A stretch of DNA of 64,000 bases from assembly GCA_043228905.1 (NCBI GenBank), contig JBHGNT010000006.1, positions 12,524,001 through 12,588,000 on the forward strand, in the 5' to 3' direction. The DNA is from Azolla caroliniana (taxonomy: Eukaryota; Plantae; Polypodiophyta). The position numbers and the translations under genes were made by a program. Under the pieces are notes generated by a model. That model saw only the letters and a list, made by a program, of their open reading frames with translations. It had not been told where the DNA came from and made no database searches. Numbering within the stretch: the stretch's first letter is position 1; each line of letters starts with the position of its first letter. Positions 49,830-63,610 of the stretch are shown piece by piece.

Positions 49830-50603
49830 TCAGTAAAAGGCGCGATGGCCTTCTTTACGAGCTTGCATAACTCGTGGCATACAACTCTTGCGATGCTCAA
49901 TTTGCATCTTAGTGAGGTGTTCATCGAGATAGATGGGGTCCCCACCCATTCCTCGAAGGATTGGTCTCTTCTTAAAGAAAGTGATTCTAGAGTCTAAGTC
50001 TTTAAATTGAAGGACTAAGGCTCTCTTCCTAGTTGTGTCACGCCCGGCCCTCCATGCTTTGGTGATAGGTAGGGCCTCTGTGTACCCTAACATTTTCCCA
50101 AGTGTTTGTGCATCCTCATTTGGGGATGCACCTTCCTTGAGCCTAGTGACACGTACATTTAAGCGTTGAGCCTGGCACATTTTCTCTTCTTCAAGGGTGG
50201 TATTAACAATATTTTCATCTTTTATTTCTTTTTTAATGTTTCTTTTAACCACATCTACCCAACCCGTTTTAGCTAACTCTATGCTATTATTAACTTCCTC
50301 TTTAACTTTTTTAATTTCGTCCTTTATATCCTCTATAGAGGATATTTCACCGTCTTCTCGAGATACCTCGATGTCCTTAAGTTGTTTTGTAAGGTCGGTG
50401 TTTTCCACTTTAAGTTGTTCTATTTCGGCCTTGAGGGCGTCTTTTTCCTCTCTATCTTTTTTCTTGTGGGTTTCGGCGTCTTTCACCCATTTTTTCATAT
50501 CCATCTCTATTTTTGTTAAACGATTAAACATATCTAAAAAGTCCTCCTTACTTATAGCCTCGTCTTGTATATCCTTATGTTCCTTAGTTCGTTTAGACGT
50601 CAT
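49830..50603 (-). CDS. LINE ORF1 (coiled coil plus RRM-like region)
   Basis: Open 257 aa with K/E heptads, then LNVRVT.LKE and IYLDEHLT, as in L1-type ORF1 proteins. Confidence 0.8.
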   Translation of the reverse strand: MTSKRTKEHKDIQDEAISKEDFLDMFNRLTKIEMDMKKWVKDAETHKKKDREEKDALKAEIEQLKVENTDLTKQLKDIEVSREDGEISSIEDIKDEIKKVKEEVNNSIELAKTGWVDVVKRNIKKEIKDENIVNTTLEEEKMCQAQRLNVRVTRLKEGASPNEDAQTLGKMLGYTEALPITKAWRAGRDTTRKRALVLQFKDLDSRITFFKKRPILRGMGGDPIYLDEHLTKMQIEHRKSCMPRVMQARKEGHRAFY

Positions 50604-50951
50604 TGTGGTGTCAATAAGAAAAAAAGGTAAAATAAATGGGTTCGAGACTTAGCCCAGTTTGTGTGTATGTCGCAATCACATCGGCATTTTGTAGCACGCG
50701 ACGAGCACACCAAAAGAACCCACCCATGAACTCGTCAAGAAAATGGCACTTCACAACGTCAAGAGAAAACGAAGAAGAAACACCCCGCGACGGCGACGGT
50801 GACGACGGCAGTCGTCAAACGATGGCAGCAGACAGCGGTAGTCGTCAGACGACGACGGCAACAGTCGGCAGCAGACAGCGGCTGCAGACGACGACGATGA
50901 CAATAAATGGCGACAACAACGGTAGAAAGAGCCGTTACACAGAGACGAGGA

Positions 50952-51005
<54 letters not shown>

Positions 51006-51388
51006 GCACAAAGAAACGTTTATTTCTTAATAGCAACAGCTACAAATGACAACCAACAACTACTAAAGTTACAAAGTCACTTTATATAGTGACTATCCTA
51101 GGGCAACTGCCCTTTATGCTATTTGCAGAAATAGGCCAAGCTTGGGCTGTCCAAAGGGACGGTGTGAATACGGCCATTATACACTTGTATTCGACACTCC
51201 CCCGTAATGGGCGTATACATGGGTTATCTGGACAGGTATATACAAGGTTTATCAGAAAGATCGGTTTTGTTCGAGTCGGCAAGATCTGAAGACAGAAGAC
51301 CGAACCAGTCGGGTTGGAAAAGTTGAAGCTGATCCTCAAAGAACCGATGTCGGTTGTCCGAAACCATCATGTGCTGCGTGTCCGACTT

Positions 51389-54300
51389 TTAACCGGACCA
51401 ATTTTTCGTTACGCCCATCTGGTGTCGAAGGGACTGGAAACGATCCGCCGAAAGACACTTGGTCATTCCATCTGCGACATTATCGGTTGTGGATATCTTC
51501 TCAAGACCAATTTTCCCTGAAATGACGCAGTCCCAAACAAAGTGATATCGAGCATTGATATGCTTGGAGGCGTTGTGGTGAACCGGATTTTTTAACAAAG
51601 CAACAACACCCTGACTGCCATTGTAGACAATTGGAGCCGAGTCGAGGTCGACTTGTCAAAACGTCTACGCTAGCCGACCAAGCCATAAAGCTTCTTTTGC
51701 CGCGTCGGACGCCGTTACATATTCCACTTTGGTCATTGAGGTGGTTGCGCACTCCTGAAGTTTCGACTTCCACGAGATTGCTCCATTGCCGAATTTGAAA
51801 CAATATCCGGTTGTTGATTTCCGACTATCCACACAGCCGGCGAAGTCCGAGCCGGTGTAACCGACTACGCCTGAGGTTGAGTTCGGGCCAAAAAAAATGT
51901 CGTGGTCTTTTGTGCCAGCTAGATATCTGAACACATGCTTGACTGCGTTCTAGTGCGATTGACCTAGGTTGTGCATGAATCTGCTGACGACTCCTACGGT
52001 GTGAGAAATATCAGGCCGTGTCGCGACTGCGTACATAAGGGAGCTGACTACCGGTGCATATGGTACCGACTTCATATCTTCCCCCTCCAGACCGGATGTC
52101 GGGCAATCTCGCTGAGACAACCGAAGGTTGATGGGGAGCGGGGTCGAAGCAGACTTGGCTGAGTGCATGTTGAAGTGTTCCAAGACACGTCCGATGTAGT
52201 CGGTTTGAGACAAGAAAAGTTGTCGTTTATCGTGATGCTAACTGATCTTCATACCAAGTATGTGTCTTGCCGGACCGAGGTCCTTCATGGCAAACTTCAA
52301 CCGCAGTTTCCGAAAGAGTTCGGTGAGCTCTCCGGCATGTCAGCTAGAGAGTAGCATGTCGTCCACATAAATGATGAGGAAGACGGGAGACCCGTCTTGA
52401 GCTGTTTTGGTGAAGAGACAGTGGTCCTCATCGCTCTTGGAGAAGCCGACCGACTGGATGAAGTCGTCAAACTTCTTGTACCACTGTCGGGGTGCCTGTT
52501 TCAGGCCGTATAAACTCTTCATTAGTCGGCAGACTAGATGTTCCTGTCCGGATGCCACAAAGCTTTTCGGCTGCTCCATATAGATTTCCTCCTGTAGGTC
52601 ACTGTGGAGGAATGCCGTTTTTATATCTAGTTGAATAAGCTCCAAGTTGTCGGTGGCCACGACGCCGAGCATGAAACGAAGGGTTGTCATTTTCACCATT
52701 GGTGAAAAGATTTCATCGAAGTCGACGCCATATTCTTGTCGAAATCCCTTCGCAACTAATCTGGCCTTGTACTTTGGGTTGGTTGAGCCAGACGTCTCTT
52801 TTAGTCAATAGACCCATTTACACGGAAGAGCACGTCGATTCTTCGGTAATTCGACCAAGTCCCAAGTCTTGTTTGTGCGAATGGAGTGCATTTTTGACTC
52901 CATCGCCAGATCCTAGGTGGCTGAGTCGGCAAATGCCGATGCTTCTTCGTAGGACGTCGGTTCGCCGATGTCGGTAAAGAAAATTCCGGGCGAGTACCTT
53001 TTCGGAGGTTGCGACAGTCTCTCGGATCTTCGAGGTATGACTGGATTGGTCGCACCAGGTATAGGTGTCGGATGGTTAGAAGTCGAGCCATTCGGCTATG
53101 CTGAATCAGTGGATTTAGGACGGGAGGTGTCGGTTACCCGTGAAACCGATCTCGTGTTGTGGGCTGGGCCTTCATGCAGGGTTGGCACTTCGGAAAATAT
53201 TACCCTTCAGACTTCAATAGGCCTTTCGACCGTTTTATGCATAGCCGACTTGTTGAACACGACGTCCGAACATCAGACGATTTGTCTATGCTCGGGGTCC
53301 CAGAGTCGGTATCCGATCTCGCCGTCGGGTCCATATCCAAGGAAAACACATTTCCTTGATCTTGGTTCGAGTTTCTGGCGGTCGTCTTTCGGTATGAGGG
53401 CATACGCCTCACATTCGAAGATCCTGAGCTTGTCATAATTCGGCTTACTGCCGGTCCATGTTTCCTGAGGTTTTTAAGTCCTAGAGGTCTACTTGGTGAC
53501 ATATTTATTATGTGTACTGCCGTAAGTAGAGCCTCCGCCCAGAAGCCATCTGATAGTCCGGAGTGTTGGAGCATGGATATTATGTGTTCTTGAATCGTTT
53601 GATTCATGCATTCAGCAATTCTGTTCTGTTCCAAACTATAGGGTGTCGTATATTCACGTCGAATGCCACGTTCCCAGCAAAATTTGCCGAATTCGTTAGA
53701 CTTGAATTCTCCTCCATTATCGATTCAGAGACATTTTAGTTTCCGACCGGTCAGGTTTTGGACCATTGCAAGCCATTCGGAGAAGATCGAGAACACCCGA
53801 TCTTTGGTTCTAATGGGGTAAGCCCACACCTTCCGAGTCGAGTCGTCAATAAAACTGACGAAGTATGAAGCACCACCGAGAGACTGATGTGGCATCGGGC
53901 CACAGACGTTCGAGTGGACCAAATCAAGGGGACTCAAATCTCTTGGTGCTGATGTCGGGTGTGATGCGACTACCTGTTTGCCGTACTGGCAATGCTCGCA
54001 GAATTGGTGATCCGAGAAGGAGAGTTTGGGGATGTAACAGGCTCTGGATAGGTGTGTTATGCCGGCCTTGCTGAGGTGTCCAAGTCGTCCGTGCCATAAC
54101 GATGACACAGGGATATCAACAAAAAATAAGTCACCCTCTTTGACTGAGATCAAGGGTCTTGAAAGCTCAGGAACCTGTCAGACGTTGTGTAGTACGAGTG
54201 TAGAGCCACCCGGAAGGTTGAGCTCTACGGTGCCGATTCCGATTATGGCACATTGTTGCGAGTTCCCGACTCGAACTGAGTCGGAGTGCCGGTCCGACTA

Positions 54301-55284
54301 TTGCTGAAACTGAGATCGGTGAGGTGTCACATGATACGATGCGCCCAAGTCCAGGAGCCATGTGCTCGATTCCTCAGTCGTAAGCAGAACTTCTGATTCG
54401 ACTGGGTTCTCTATGGACAGTATGTTCGGGTCGGTCGTCAAAATTTCGGCTGAAGAGCCGACGTAGTTGACCTCCTCATGCCGGCTACTCTTTTGATCCG
54501 CTCTCTAAGCTTTGTCGGTTTTTGCTTTGAGTGCCCGACAGTCGGCTTTGATGTGTCCCAGTTTCTTGCAGTAGTTGCAGATTCGGTTATCCCGGGACTT
54601 GCTCCGGCTTCGCTGATTGTTCGGCAGTCGGGAAGAACTTCTTCCTCGATTGTTCGATCGGTCGGTCGAACCTTGTACTACGTAAGCTTCATTTGCCAAG
54701 TCTTTGGCAAAAGACTTTCTCCGAGCTGCTTCAGTCAGGATTGCGCTCGTGATTTCGGAGTACTTAATGGCAGTTGTTGAAGCATTGCACACGGTTGTGA
54801 CAAAAGTTTCCCAAGAAGAGGGGAGAGTACTCATGAGTATCATTGCTCTGAGTTCATCCTCTATTGCCATCCCTTGAGATGATATTTGGGAGCTTAGGCT
54901 TTTTTACTCGGTGAGGTGTGCCTGAACTGAATCGGATTCTTTCTTCCGCAAGTTGTAGAGGCGTCGGATTAGATACATCTTTGTTGCGGCGACCTTCTTT
55001 TCATAAGTTTCCAACAGTGTTCTCCAAAGTTCAAAAGCTGTCGAGCATGATTGCACTGTGAAGTACACTGACTCCGACAAGTGCATCCGAATCGTGGCGC
55101 GAACGATTCTGTCCAGCTTTAGCCACTCGTTTGCCTTGTATGCTTTTGGAGGATTTTCATTCTCAATCGGGTCTATCTGACCCTTGACTATGAGATAGTC
55201 CTGCATTTGTTCCTTCCAGAAGTTGAAGTTCGAACCGTCGAACCTCCTTAGACTCATCTCCGATGAGCCGGATGTTGATGCCAT
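51389..55284 (-). pseudogene. copia F gag-pol (fragmented)
   Basis: FDGSNFNFWK, CNYCKKLGHIKADC, LWHGRLGH, FIDDSTR, QLDIKTAFL, SLYGLKQAPRQW, IYVDDM, SDFAGCVDSRKSTTGY. Confidence 0.95.
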
Positions 55285-55968
55285 CTACTTCAGTTTCGGT
55301 TGGTAAGACTCGGTTTGGAGTTGACTACGAACCTTAGTGGGGTGCAGCCGGTCGGCTCACTCGATATCGTTCTAGTCGGTTTTGAACCCGAGTCGGTTTG
55401 GTTTCGGATACTTGTTGCTGAACTTGCTCGGAGTGACTTTGGTAACTTGAGGGACAGAACCGGCTGGTCTTCCTGGATGTTGCCAAGTCGGAGTGAGCCC
55501 GGTTAGCTTCCGATTGTATGCCGAATACCGATTACAAGAAACCGATTGTTTGGGCCGATTCTACTTCGGATGACTATAGCGATGAGAGGGACAGATCCAA
55601 CTGATCCTCCTGGATGTCAATCAGTCGAATGAAGCATGGATTTGGTTGTTGCCAGGAGACCAATCTACAGCGGGTGGTTACAACAAGCGGGTGAATAGCG
55701 TCCGGTGACCTATTCAGATGTCGTTTAACCGAATGAAGCACGATTGGGTCGGGTATTGCACAGGGAGCTCGCCTCAAGTGGTTACAATCACAGGAACAAA
55801 GTACAACCGGCTAGCTTACTCCAATTAGTGACTTAACACAGTGAGATGCAAACTTCTTGTTTGTCTTCTCTCTTCTCTGTTCTTCAAGAAGTTACAAAAA
55901 ACCGAATGTTGTGGTGTACGATGACGGCCGACAACGGATTGAAGAACCTCCAACGCTTTGATACCAAA

Positions 55969-56048
55969 TGTTGGGGACAAGGTCGTCAGTGCGGAAGAAC
56001 AAACAACATCTGTGATGTTGAAGGACCTGTGTATGAGAATAAAACAAG

Positions 56049-56097
<49 letters not shown>

Positions 56098-56291
56098 TAG
56101 GCACAAAGAAACGTTTGTTTCTTAATAGCAACAGTTACAAATGACAACCAACAACTACTAAAGTTACAAAGTCACTTTATATAGTGACTATCCTAGGGCA
56201 ACTGCCCTTTATGCTATTTGCAGAAATAGCCCAAGCTTGGGCTTTCCAAAGGGACAGTGTGAATACGGCCATTATACACTCGTATTCTACA
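55969..56291 (-). repeat. 5' LTR of copia F, containing (CA)n
   Basis: Matches 45722-45805 plus 51001-51196. Confidence 0.93.
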
Positions 56292-58031
56292 GTCTAGACT
56301 TCAAGCAGGTTGGAAAACTTTAATATGTTTGAGAATCAATGCAATCATAGTGATACTTGAGAATGGGAAGTGAGATTGATGTTAGTTAATGCAATGATAG
56401 TCCAAGGGTTGCTTTATGGAGTGGAAGTGTGGGGTGGTGCTATCTCACTTAGTGCATAGAATGAAATAACAAAAATCCAAAATTGTTCTTGAGTAGACAA
56501 TTGGAGGTGAGATCCACAACATCCTATCGTGTCATGTTATTAAAAAATAGGGAGTACACAAGTATATCACAAAAGTAAAGATTGCCAAAACAAACTTGGA
56601 ACATAGGATGCAAGTTACAAAAAACTAACAAGAAACAAAATCTTCTCATATGGTTGGGTGTAGGTGCTTTAGATTGTGAAATGATTTAAAAGATGGGGAG
56701 TAAAATATCTATTGGAGCTCTCAGGTGATGCTATGAAATTTGTAATCATCCATCCAATATAATAAAGAGAAAGATAATATAGCAAAAAACATTAGAACGA
56801 AACCTAGAGGAATGGTCCAACATAGGTGAAGGCCTTTCTGCTATCTGTGAGGTGGATAACGGGCAATCTCGCTCATTGTGTTGTTTTCTTGACTCCGCCA
56901 TGGCATCACTTTTTTGGCAATAATCGATTAATGGATGCACTAAGGATGAAGTGGCAAGATGCCAAAATGTCAGAATTGGAATATTACATCACAAATGGTA
57001 GTTCCCCAATGTTGGTCCCAATACAAGGTAAAACTGCCAGAACATATCAACTGCATCTTACTACCCCCATGAACCTTGGCTCTTCGAGAACCTTAATACT
57101 TCTTCGAAGTTCACTAACACAAGTTCGGTGTTGGTAAGGTAGCATCATGACATCATCAACCCAATATAACGATATGCAAGGCATGGAATGAAAACCTAGT
57201 GGAACATGAATATCACTTTTCACATGCTCAACATGTAAGGTAATTCACAAGAAGTATGATGGCCATGATAATTTAAATATCATTCTCAAATCCCTACCAA
57301 GAAGGGTGAGCATATACATATGTGCGTGCATTATTCTTGCATAGAGTTTTCATTATGAAGTAGGAACTCCCCTTCTTAGGAAGATGATATGTATGGTAAA
57401 TACCATAGTAACATAAGTAGAACAAGTCCAAAGCGAAAATTAGCACAATGAAAGAGAAGAGTGCCAGTAGATAGCTTTAAAACCATTTAAAATGCATGGA
57501 CGGTTCTATGTAACATCGACACAATGAAAGAGTGACCAAGTACACACAAAAAGAATTTGATTTTTACTCAAAATTGTATCCATGACTCAATTAGAATAGG
57601 AAAATAAAATAGCCATGCATTTAAAACTTCAATTTGTAAGTCAAATGTTTCAAAGATAGTGAATTTCACATGATTTCCTAAATGGATGCATGGGCAAAAA
57701 GGTAAAAATAAACCTTCACCCTAAAGTTGTTGAAAAGTATGGATTAGATTAGCAAGCTCTCAGCAATTCAAACTCTAAAACATCTCATAAGGTACATAGA
57801 GTTGCTTCAGCTTCATTATTTAAAGTTGATTACAAATAATGCAATTTGCAAATCACCACAAAACCAGGTGGGCTCTTTTGAACATGGGCTTCTTAATTAA
57901 ATCAAGTGTGTCTATCTATATCTAACTTTGGCCCATACAAAGTTTGCAAGGTAGCAGATACATACTGTGTATGATGCAGTTATTCTTCTTATCTTTCAAC
58001 AATGAATTAGGAGTTAATCCTTCCTTCCTTC

Positions 58032-59828
58032 CTATGCCTTACCTTCAGCTGGCCAAAATGAAGTGGCTTTCCCTGTCTTAGTAACGGTAGAGAGGACATC
58101 GTCCGGCTTGATTTTACCCTTCACAGTGACTTTTTGTGAATCTAAATCGATGTTATAACTTTCTACACCTGCTATGACAAATCATGAGAGAGTGCAAATT
58201 CCAATCAACCTTAAAGGACAATCAAGTAATTGTCTCAACCCCTGAAAATGCATTCAAATATGACAAAAATTCCAACCATTTCCTGCACAATTTCAACGGT
58301 GGTAAAGCCACAAACTACGTAGAAAGCCTGAAAATCACTCAGAAAGCGTGAAAGAAATCCCACCCATTATTCCACCAACAAACTAAGTATAGAATGCAAT
58401 GAAAAGCACTAAAAAATGGTAAAGACCCCAACCATTTCCTACACAGTTACCAAGCTTCAGGCTAAAGCATTCAAGAAAGTAAGATTTCCCATCATGATTT
58501 CAACCTTAAGTGCAACGAATATATATAGAAATCTCTAGAAAATTACCCCCAAACACTTAGAATTTCAGAATAACAAACTAGGTAATTAAAAAAAAGATAG
58601 CTTCTCATTCTGAGCTCTTCGTTCTCAACAGCATTTTCATAATTCAACGAAAATGATACTAGAGAATTGATAATGGATCTCTCTCTCTCTCTCTATCAAG
58701 CATATAAATATAATGTTAAGAAAGATCAAGCATTTTTTTTCAATATCTGAGAATTGCGCATATTTTTATAGATTGATGTCAAAAGTCATACCTTCTAATC
58801 TACCAAGCACTCTCTTTACAGCTCCAACACAACTTTGGCAACTCATTGCAACTTTGAGCTCGACGGTCTGATAAAAAAGAAATCCACATATAGACATAGA
58901 TGTACTTAAATCACTTGATCCATTTGTTCTTTTGTTTAAGAAGGATGGCACAAGAGAAACATCTGTTGCATTCCGATTTTCTCCTATGCATCTTCAGGTT
59001 TCATTTTCAAAGCATAGATCCCAACTTGATCCAAGGTCATTGTAAAGCATTTATTCAAGAGAATATACCATATTTATCATTGTATGAATTAAATTCCATG
59101 TTCTTTTAGTGAAGGAGAAATGGTGCGAGTCAATTACAAATACACATCTATATCACTTTCTTTGAGGATAGGTTCATGTCATTGAGTGTAAGAATATATA
59201 CACAATATGTATAATATATATGTAATACCAGAATGCAGGAAAACAGTAGAAGGTTTAGATGAACTTCAGATCATGGTATTGATGCATGCCACTCAAATAT
59301 CAAGTAAATCAACCTGATCAGTAATTGTCAATACTTGTGGCTCTCTGTCAAGTTCATATTTCCCATACTATTCCCAGATTACAGAGACTATGAACGCTTC
59401 ATTTTCCCACATGGAAGAAACAAAAAGGATGGTTTCTCACAAAAAATCAATGCCACAAAAAATATGATTGCCGTACCAAAATCAAAGAGACGACCATATA
59501 TATTGGTTTCCTGTTTCCAAATGTATGGTTTCTTGGCAACAAAAAATAAATGGTTTTTTTTTGGCACAATAAAAGAGATAAATGTACAGATTGGTTTCTT
59601 TTCCACGAACAGACGAGACAAAATACAGCGTTTCTTATTAAATCCAAGAGAAGGGGTATGATAGTGATTCAGCAAAATCAAAGAGGCTAATAATGCATAT
59701 TCTTACTAAAACCTAAGATATATAGATATGCCAGAACATGAATGAAAGCCTGTTTCAAATATGTATGTTAAGACACGAAAGAGAAGCGATAAGAGGGAGG
59801 GAGGGAGAACCTGGCTAGTGGTCGCCAT
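58032..59828 (-). CDS. ATX1: ATX1/CCH-like copper chaperone (HMA domain), 76 aa; exons 59811-59828, 58792-58867, 58032-58168
   Basis: GT-AG splicing gives [76 protein letters not shown], with MxCxxC and KTGK motifs. Confidence 0.9.
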
Positions 59829-60859
59829 TGCTACAGTCTGTTCTTTTTCTGTTCGATGAATGGAAATTTGATCAATTGGAATGCAGAGGAATCTTTTATA
59901 TGAAGCAAAGTACTGGTAATCCTCCCCACCCAAAATAAAAAAAAGAGTCAAATTACATAAAGCATATGCGTAATTGTTCCTTGAAATCGTCAACAGGTCT
60001 GAGGATTCAAACCCTTTTACGCGTTCTAACAATCAATGACGTTCTCCTCTCCTTTTCTTCTGTAAAATGCATCCACGTTGGCTCCTTATCATGATATCAA
60101 TTTAAGATGATGCATATGTTCTCGCTCTCTATTACTTTCTTCTGTCTCTTCAACAAAACAAATTAAAATGTATCCATCCGTTCTCCTCCTCACGCCTAAG
60201 ATCTCTGACTTCTATGCCCTCCTCCTCTCCGATGCAATCATATGAAAACCAACCAAACAGGAACCAATCATCTGACACAGCAAAAAAAGCTCGACAAGAA
60301 ATCTGATCAATACACAACCAGAAGTGGGTCCAAAATAAAATTTGTCCAACCGCCTTTTGCCATACCAAATCATTGTAAACCGAACTTTTGTAATTAAATT
60401 AAAGAAACAACTTTCATACGATCTTCTCTTTGGCTCATTCACTATTGGCTGCATAATCCCATGTATATATAATTCATTCCCACAGATGTTATAGGGATAT
60501 GTGACGGATGTGTTGCCATTTTAGTACTCTCTTGGACCTCAAATGCAAGTCACTGCGTGCGTTTCTTCTGCTGCTAACATCAAAATCAGACTCATGTACA
60601 ACATAATCTACTGCTACTAATTCCTCATTGTTGTAACTTGTACCTACTAATATCGGTTTGGGCTTCTTTAAAAGTTATCTATGTCATTGTCTATAAGAAT
60701 TCCTTGCTGTAACGCTTTGTCCTTGTCAAATCTTTTTTGTATGGCAAAGGTTATGGGTACATTTGAGTTATTGTTGAGTTTAAACTTCCTTTAATTTGTA
60801 GATCTAACCAGAGAGAATTGAATTTGTTCACAATTACAATGAACAATGTATTCTCTCCT

Positions 60860-61075
60860 TCGCTCTTTCTATTGTGGGAATGTGACAATTCAAAGTTGTC
60901 AAAGCTTTTATAACGTGTATTATTGAAATGTGATCATTGTGTGTCGTAGCTTCCACTCTTTTGTATTGTGGAAATGTTACAATTCAAAGATGTCAAAACA
61001 TTTATAGCATGTATTGTTGAAATTGTCTATTGCTTTCACTCTTCGTATTGTGGAAATGTGACAATTCAAAAGTTA
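60860..61075. repeat. three degenerate tandem copies of an 80-95 bp unit
   Basis: TATTGTGG.AATGT.ACAATTCAAA recurs near 60870, 60965 and 61047. Confidence 0.75.
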
Positions 61076-61944
61076 AACTTCGGATAGTGGCAAAGTCAAA
61101 GATGTACAATACATTTCCTTTTTAGAAGCAAACAACTAGTGTGCACAAACTCAAATTGAGATTGTGCACTCATTGCTAAACATGAAAACCATAGGTCAAG
61201 TATTGAACAGAAAATAATGTTGTTAAAAGCACAAGCTTTAAGATTGTTAAAAAAATAAAGGATGGCTTTTGAGAAAAACATGTGATGGTTTCTTGACCTA
61301 CTTGCTAGTGTGTACTTTCAAGGTTAAAACACCAATTAATATGTTGGGTTTCTTTTCTTTTCTTTTTTAACAATAAAACAACGAATTTAATGTGCAACAT
61401 TATGTTAATTGTTTCCCTATGCATTTGATTATTTTCCATCCACAAATCAAAGACAGTTATCATTTGAGCATATATTTATATCATCTCTTAACTATCCTCT
61501 CATTCCCAATACATTTATATTTCATGGGTATAAAGCCTTTCCATCAAAATTTTCTTGTTCTTAAATTTAGAATTGTACGGTGATGCCCACTAAGGTAGCA
61601 ATAAGCTTCTATTTTTTGTATTTTATAGAACCCCATTAAAGGAGCCCATCAAAAGGGCCATGGCACAAAGGGAGCTTGCAAAGGCCAAAACGCGAGGACA
61701 TGTCCACAAAGGAGATCTGAGAGGGCCCAACACATGAGGACGAACCAATGAAGGGCTGGCCATGAACACACCAAGGCTCGCAAACGGGCAAGGCCACGAA
61801 CGGATTAAGGCCCTAAACACACAACACAAGGGAACACCATACTTGACTACCGAGGTGGTTGATCAACGAGGACTTACCGAAGTTACGTGCATACATGTGC
61901 TACTTTAGTGGAACCACCAAGAACTTGAACCAGAGACGTTGGAT

Positions 61945-62190
61945 GACTTGAAGGCTCTGTATAGTCGAAGGTAGATCAAATTCGAAGGCTTTGCAGAGTC
62001 AAAGGTAGATCAAAGTTGAAGGTAGATAAGAGTCAATGGCTCCATAGAGTTGAAGGTATATCAGAGGTGAATATAATTTAGAGTCAAAGATTAGTAAAAG
62101 TCAAATGTAACTCGGAGTCGACGGTAAGGCATAGTCGAAGACTCCATAGAGTTGAAGGTAGGTTAGAGTCGAAGGTATGTCATAGTCAAA
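61945..62190. repeat. degenerate short tandem repeat (AGTCGAAGGTA-like)
   Basis: More than 10 imperfect copies of GTCGAAGG/GTTGAAGG. Confidence 0.65.
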
Positions 62191-62976
62191 TTTGAACTAA
62201 AATTCCCCTCTTATATTCATGGTTCTTATTTCCCAAACAAGGAAAGCTATCCATCCTTTCTGAGCTCAAATGTTTAAAAACAAAGTTCATGATGCTCGAC
62301 CAAGAGAAACAATATTTGCTAGGGGATCTACACCACAAGTGCAAAAAATCAAGAATTGAAGCAACATATGCAAGAACTAGAGTTAGCATTGTTAATTGTG
62401 CAACTAGACGGACCACACATGTTGTTGCATGAATGCATGTGTGCGTGTGAACATGAAAGAGACCATTAGGGACTTGAACTAATGATGATGGATTTGGTCA
62501 AAGTCATCTAGGCCAAAGAGCTTATGGGATGTCACTTTCACACTTGTTTTCTCTTTGTAATCCTTTCTTAAGTATAAAAGAAAAGGTTTAGGTGACGTAG
62601 CCACTACGTTGTCATGAAGTGTGCATCACACACGTGTGGACAAACACTGAGCCTCTATTTGTAAGTTGCGAAGGAGTACATACCTGTTGATCATGGAGCT
62701 TGAACACATGACCACAAGGTCAAGAATGACTTGGTGTGATTGTCACGCACAATTTCATGTCTAGAGTTATATCAACATTTACCTTTTAAAGAGGAATGTG
62801 ATGCCCGCCAACAACAAGGCTCTAGTCCATCCAAGAACACAAGGTTAAAAGCCTTGCACTCTTCCATTTGAGCTAGGCCAATTTAGTTTGCATTGTTCAA
62901 TCTAAGCTAGATAGATTAGCTCCATTTCACTCTTAGAGTTAGATGACCATTTATGATTTAACAAAGCATGCCACAC

Positions 62977-63049
62977 CCTTGACCATGGTGCTTGAACCAA
63001 TGACCACAAGGTTAAGAGCCTTGCGCTCTTTGATCTAAGCTAGGTCGAC
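62977..63049 (-). pseudogene. tRNA-Lys(CTT) pseudogene, best-preserved copy
   Basis: Minus strand AGAGCGCAAGGCTCTTAACCTTGTGGTC has an intact anticodon arm; D arm, T arm and acceptor stem are degenerate. Confidence 0.75.
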
Positions 63050-63122
63050 TCGGTCCTTGGTTTTTAACTTCATTCATGGCATGCCACACCTGCCAACTAT
63101 GGGGCTCGAACCCATGACCATA

Positions 63123-63610
63123 GGCGTGCCATGTGTTGGCTGCCTTGGATGACCAAGTGGCAAAGGAAGAAAAGGGGGAAAAGACAAAGGAACGGTTACG
63201 ACGAGTGAAGAAGACAGGTGGACCGAAGTGTTGTAAAGAAGGCATAACAACTAAAGCATTCATGAGGGATAATGGTTCATGCGCCAAGCGTTACTGCCCA
63301 TGACCCTATATAAAGGGCACATGGAAAACCTGTAAAAATTGAATCATAATACTGTATGAAGAACTTTGGAATATAGATCTATTTTGCCTGGTTTCTGTGT
63401 CTCTATTCTGTGTTGAGTCATCATACTCTGTGTGTTAAGTACATTTGTGGTCGGCTATAGCCGTCTACATAATCTCCATGGTCTCCACGATCGAGATAGC
63501 AATTACGATTCTTGTATACACTTGTGCACTCCTTCCCTGACCACAATTCTCTTGAGCCGAACCCCGAAGGACCGAGGATTCAACACTGTGTTACCCTAAA
63601 CCGGTTAACA
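63123..63610 (+). mobile_element. LTR (63134-63610) related to 34783-35343, with a stub of the tRNA-like motif
   Basis: GGCGTGCCA, TG, then TGTTGGCTGCC...CCGGTTAACA; interrupts a tRNA-Lys unit at the anticodon loop. Confidence 0.85.

Larger units (their letters stand above)
45841..50954 (-). mobile_element. near full-length non-LTR retrotransposon (RTE-X/L2-like) with a (CTTT)n 3' tail
   Basis: ORF1 plus APE-RT-zinc finger ORF2; flanked on both sides by (GA)n inside the F 3' LTR; clade assignment is tentative. Confidence 0.9.
45722..56291 (-). mobile_element. full-length Ty1/copia element F (decayed ORFs)
   Basis: 5' LTR 55969-56291; PBS 55955-55966 (TGGTATCAAAGC); PPT GGGGGAG 51197-51203; 3' LTR 45722-51196 split by a LINE; perfect TSD GTCTA. 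Confidence 0.95.
45600..57350 (+). pseudogene. old LINE RT remnant split by the copia F insertion
   Basis: FTYNGEPIQVC before 45721 continues after 56296 into LLYGVEVWGG-type LINE C-terminal sequence; boundaries approximate. Confidence 0.55.

Noticed and set aside
50636-51049. 137-aa ORF with an RE repeat
   Set aside because: It is the antisense LINE 5' UTR plus the (GA)n microsatellite.
60860-62190. Repeat blocks as a CRISPR-like array
   Set aside because: Units are degenerate tandem copies without unique spacers, in a eukaryotic context with no cas genes.
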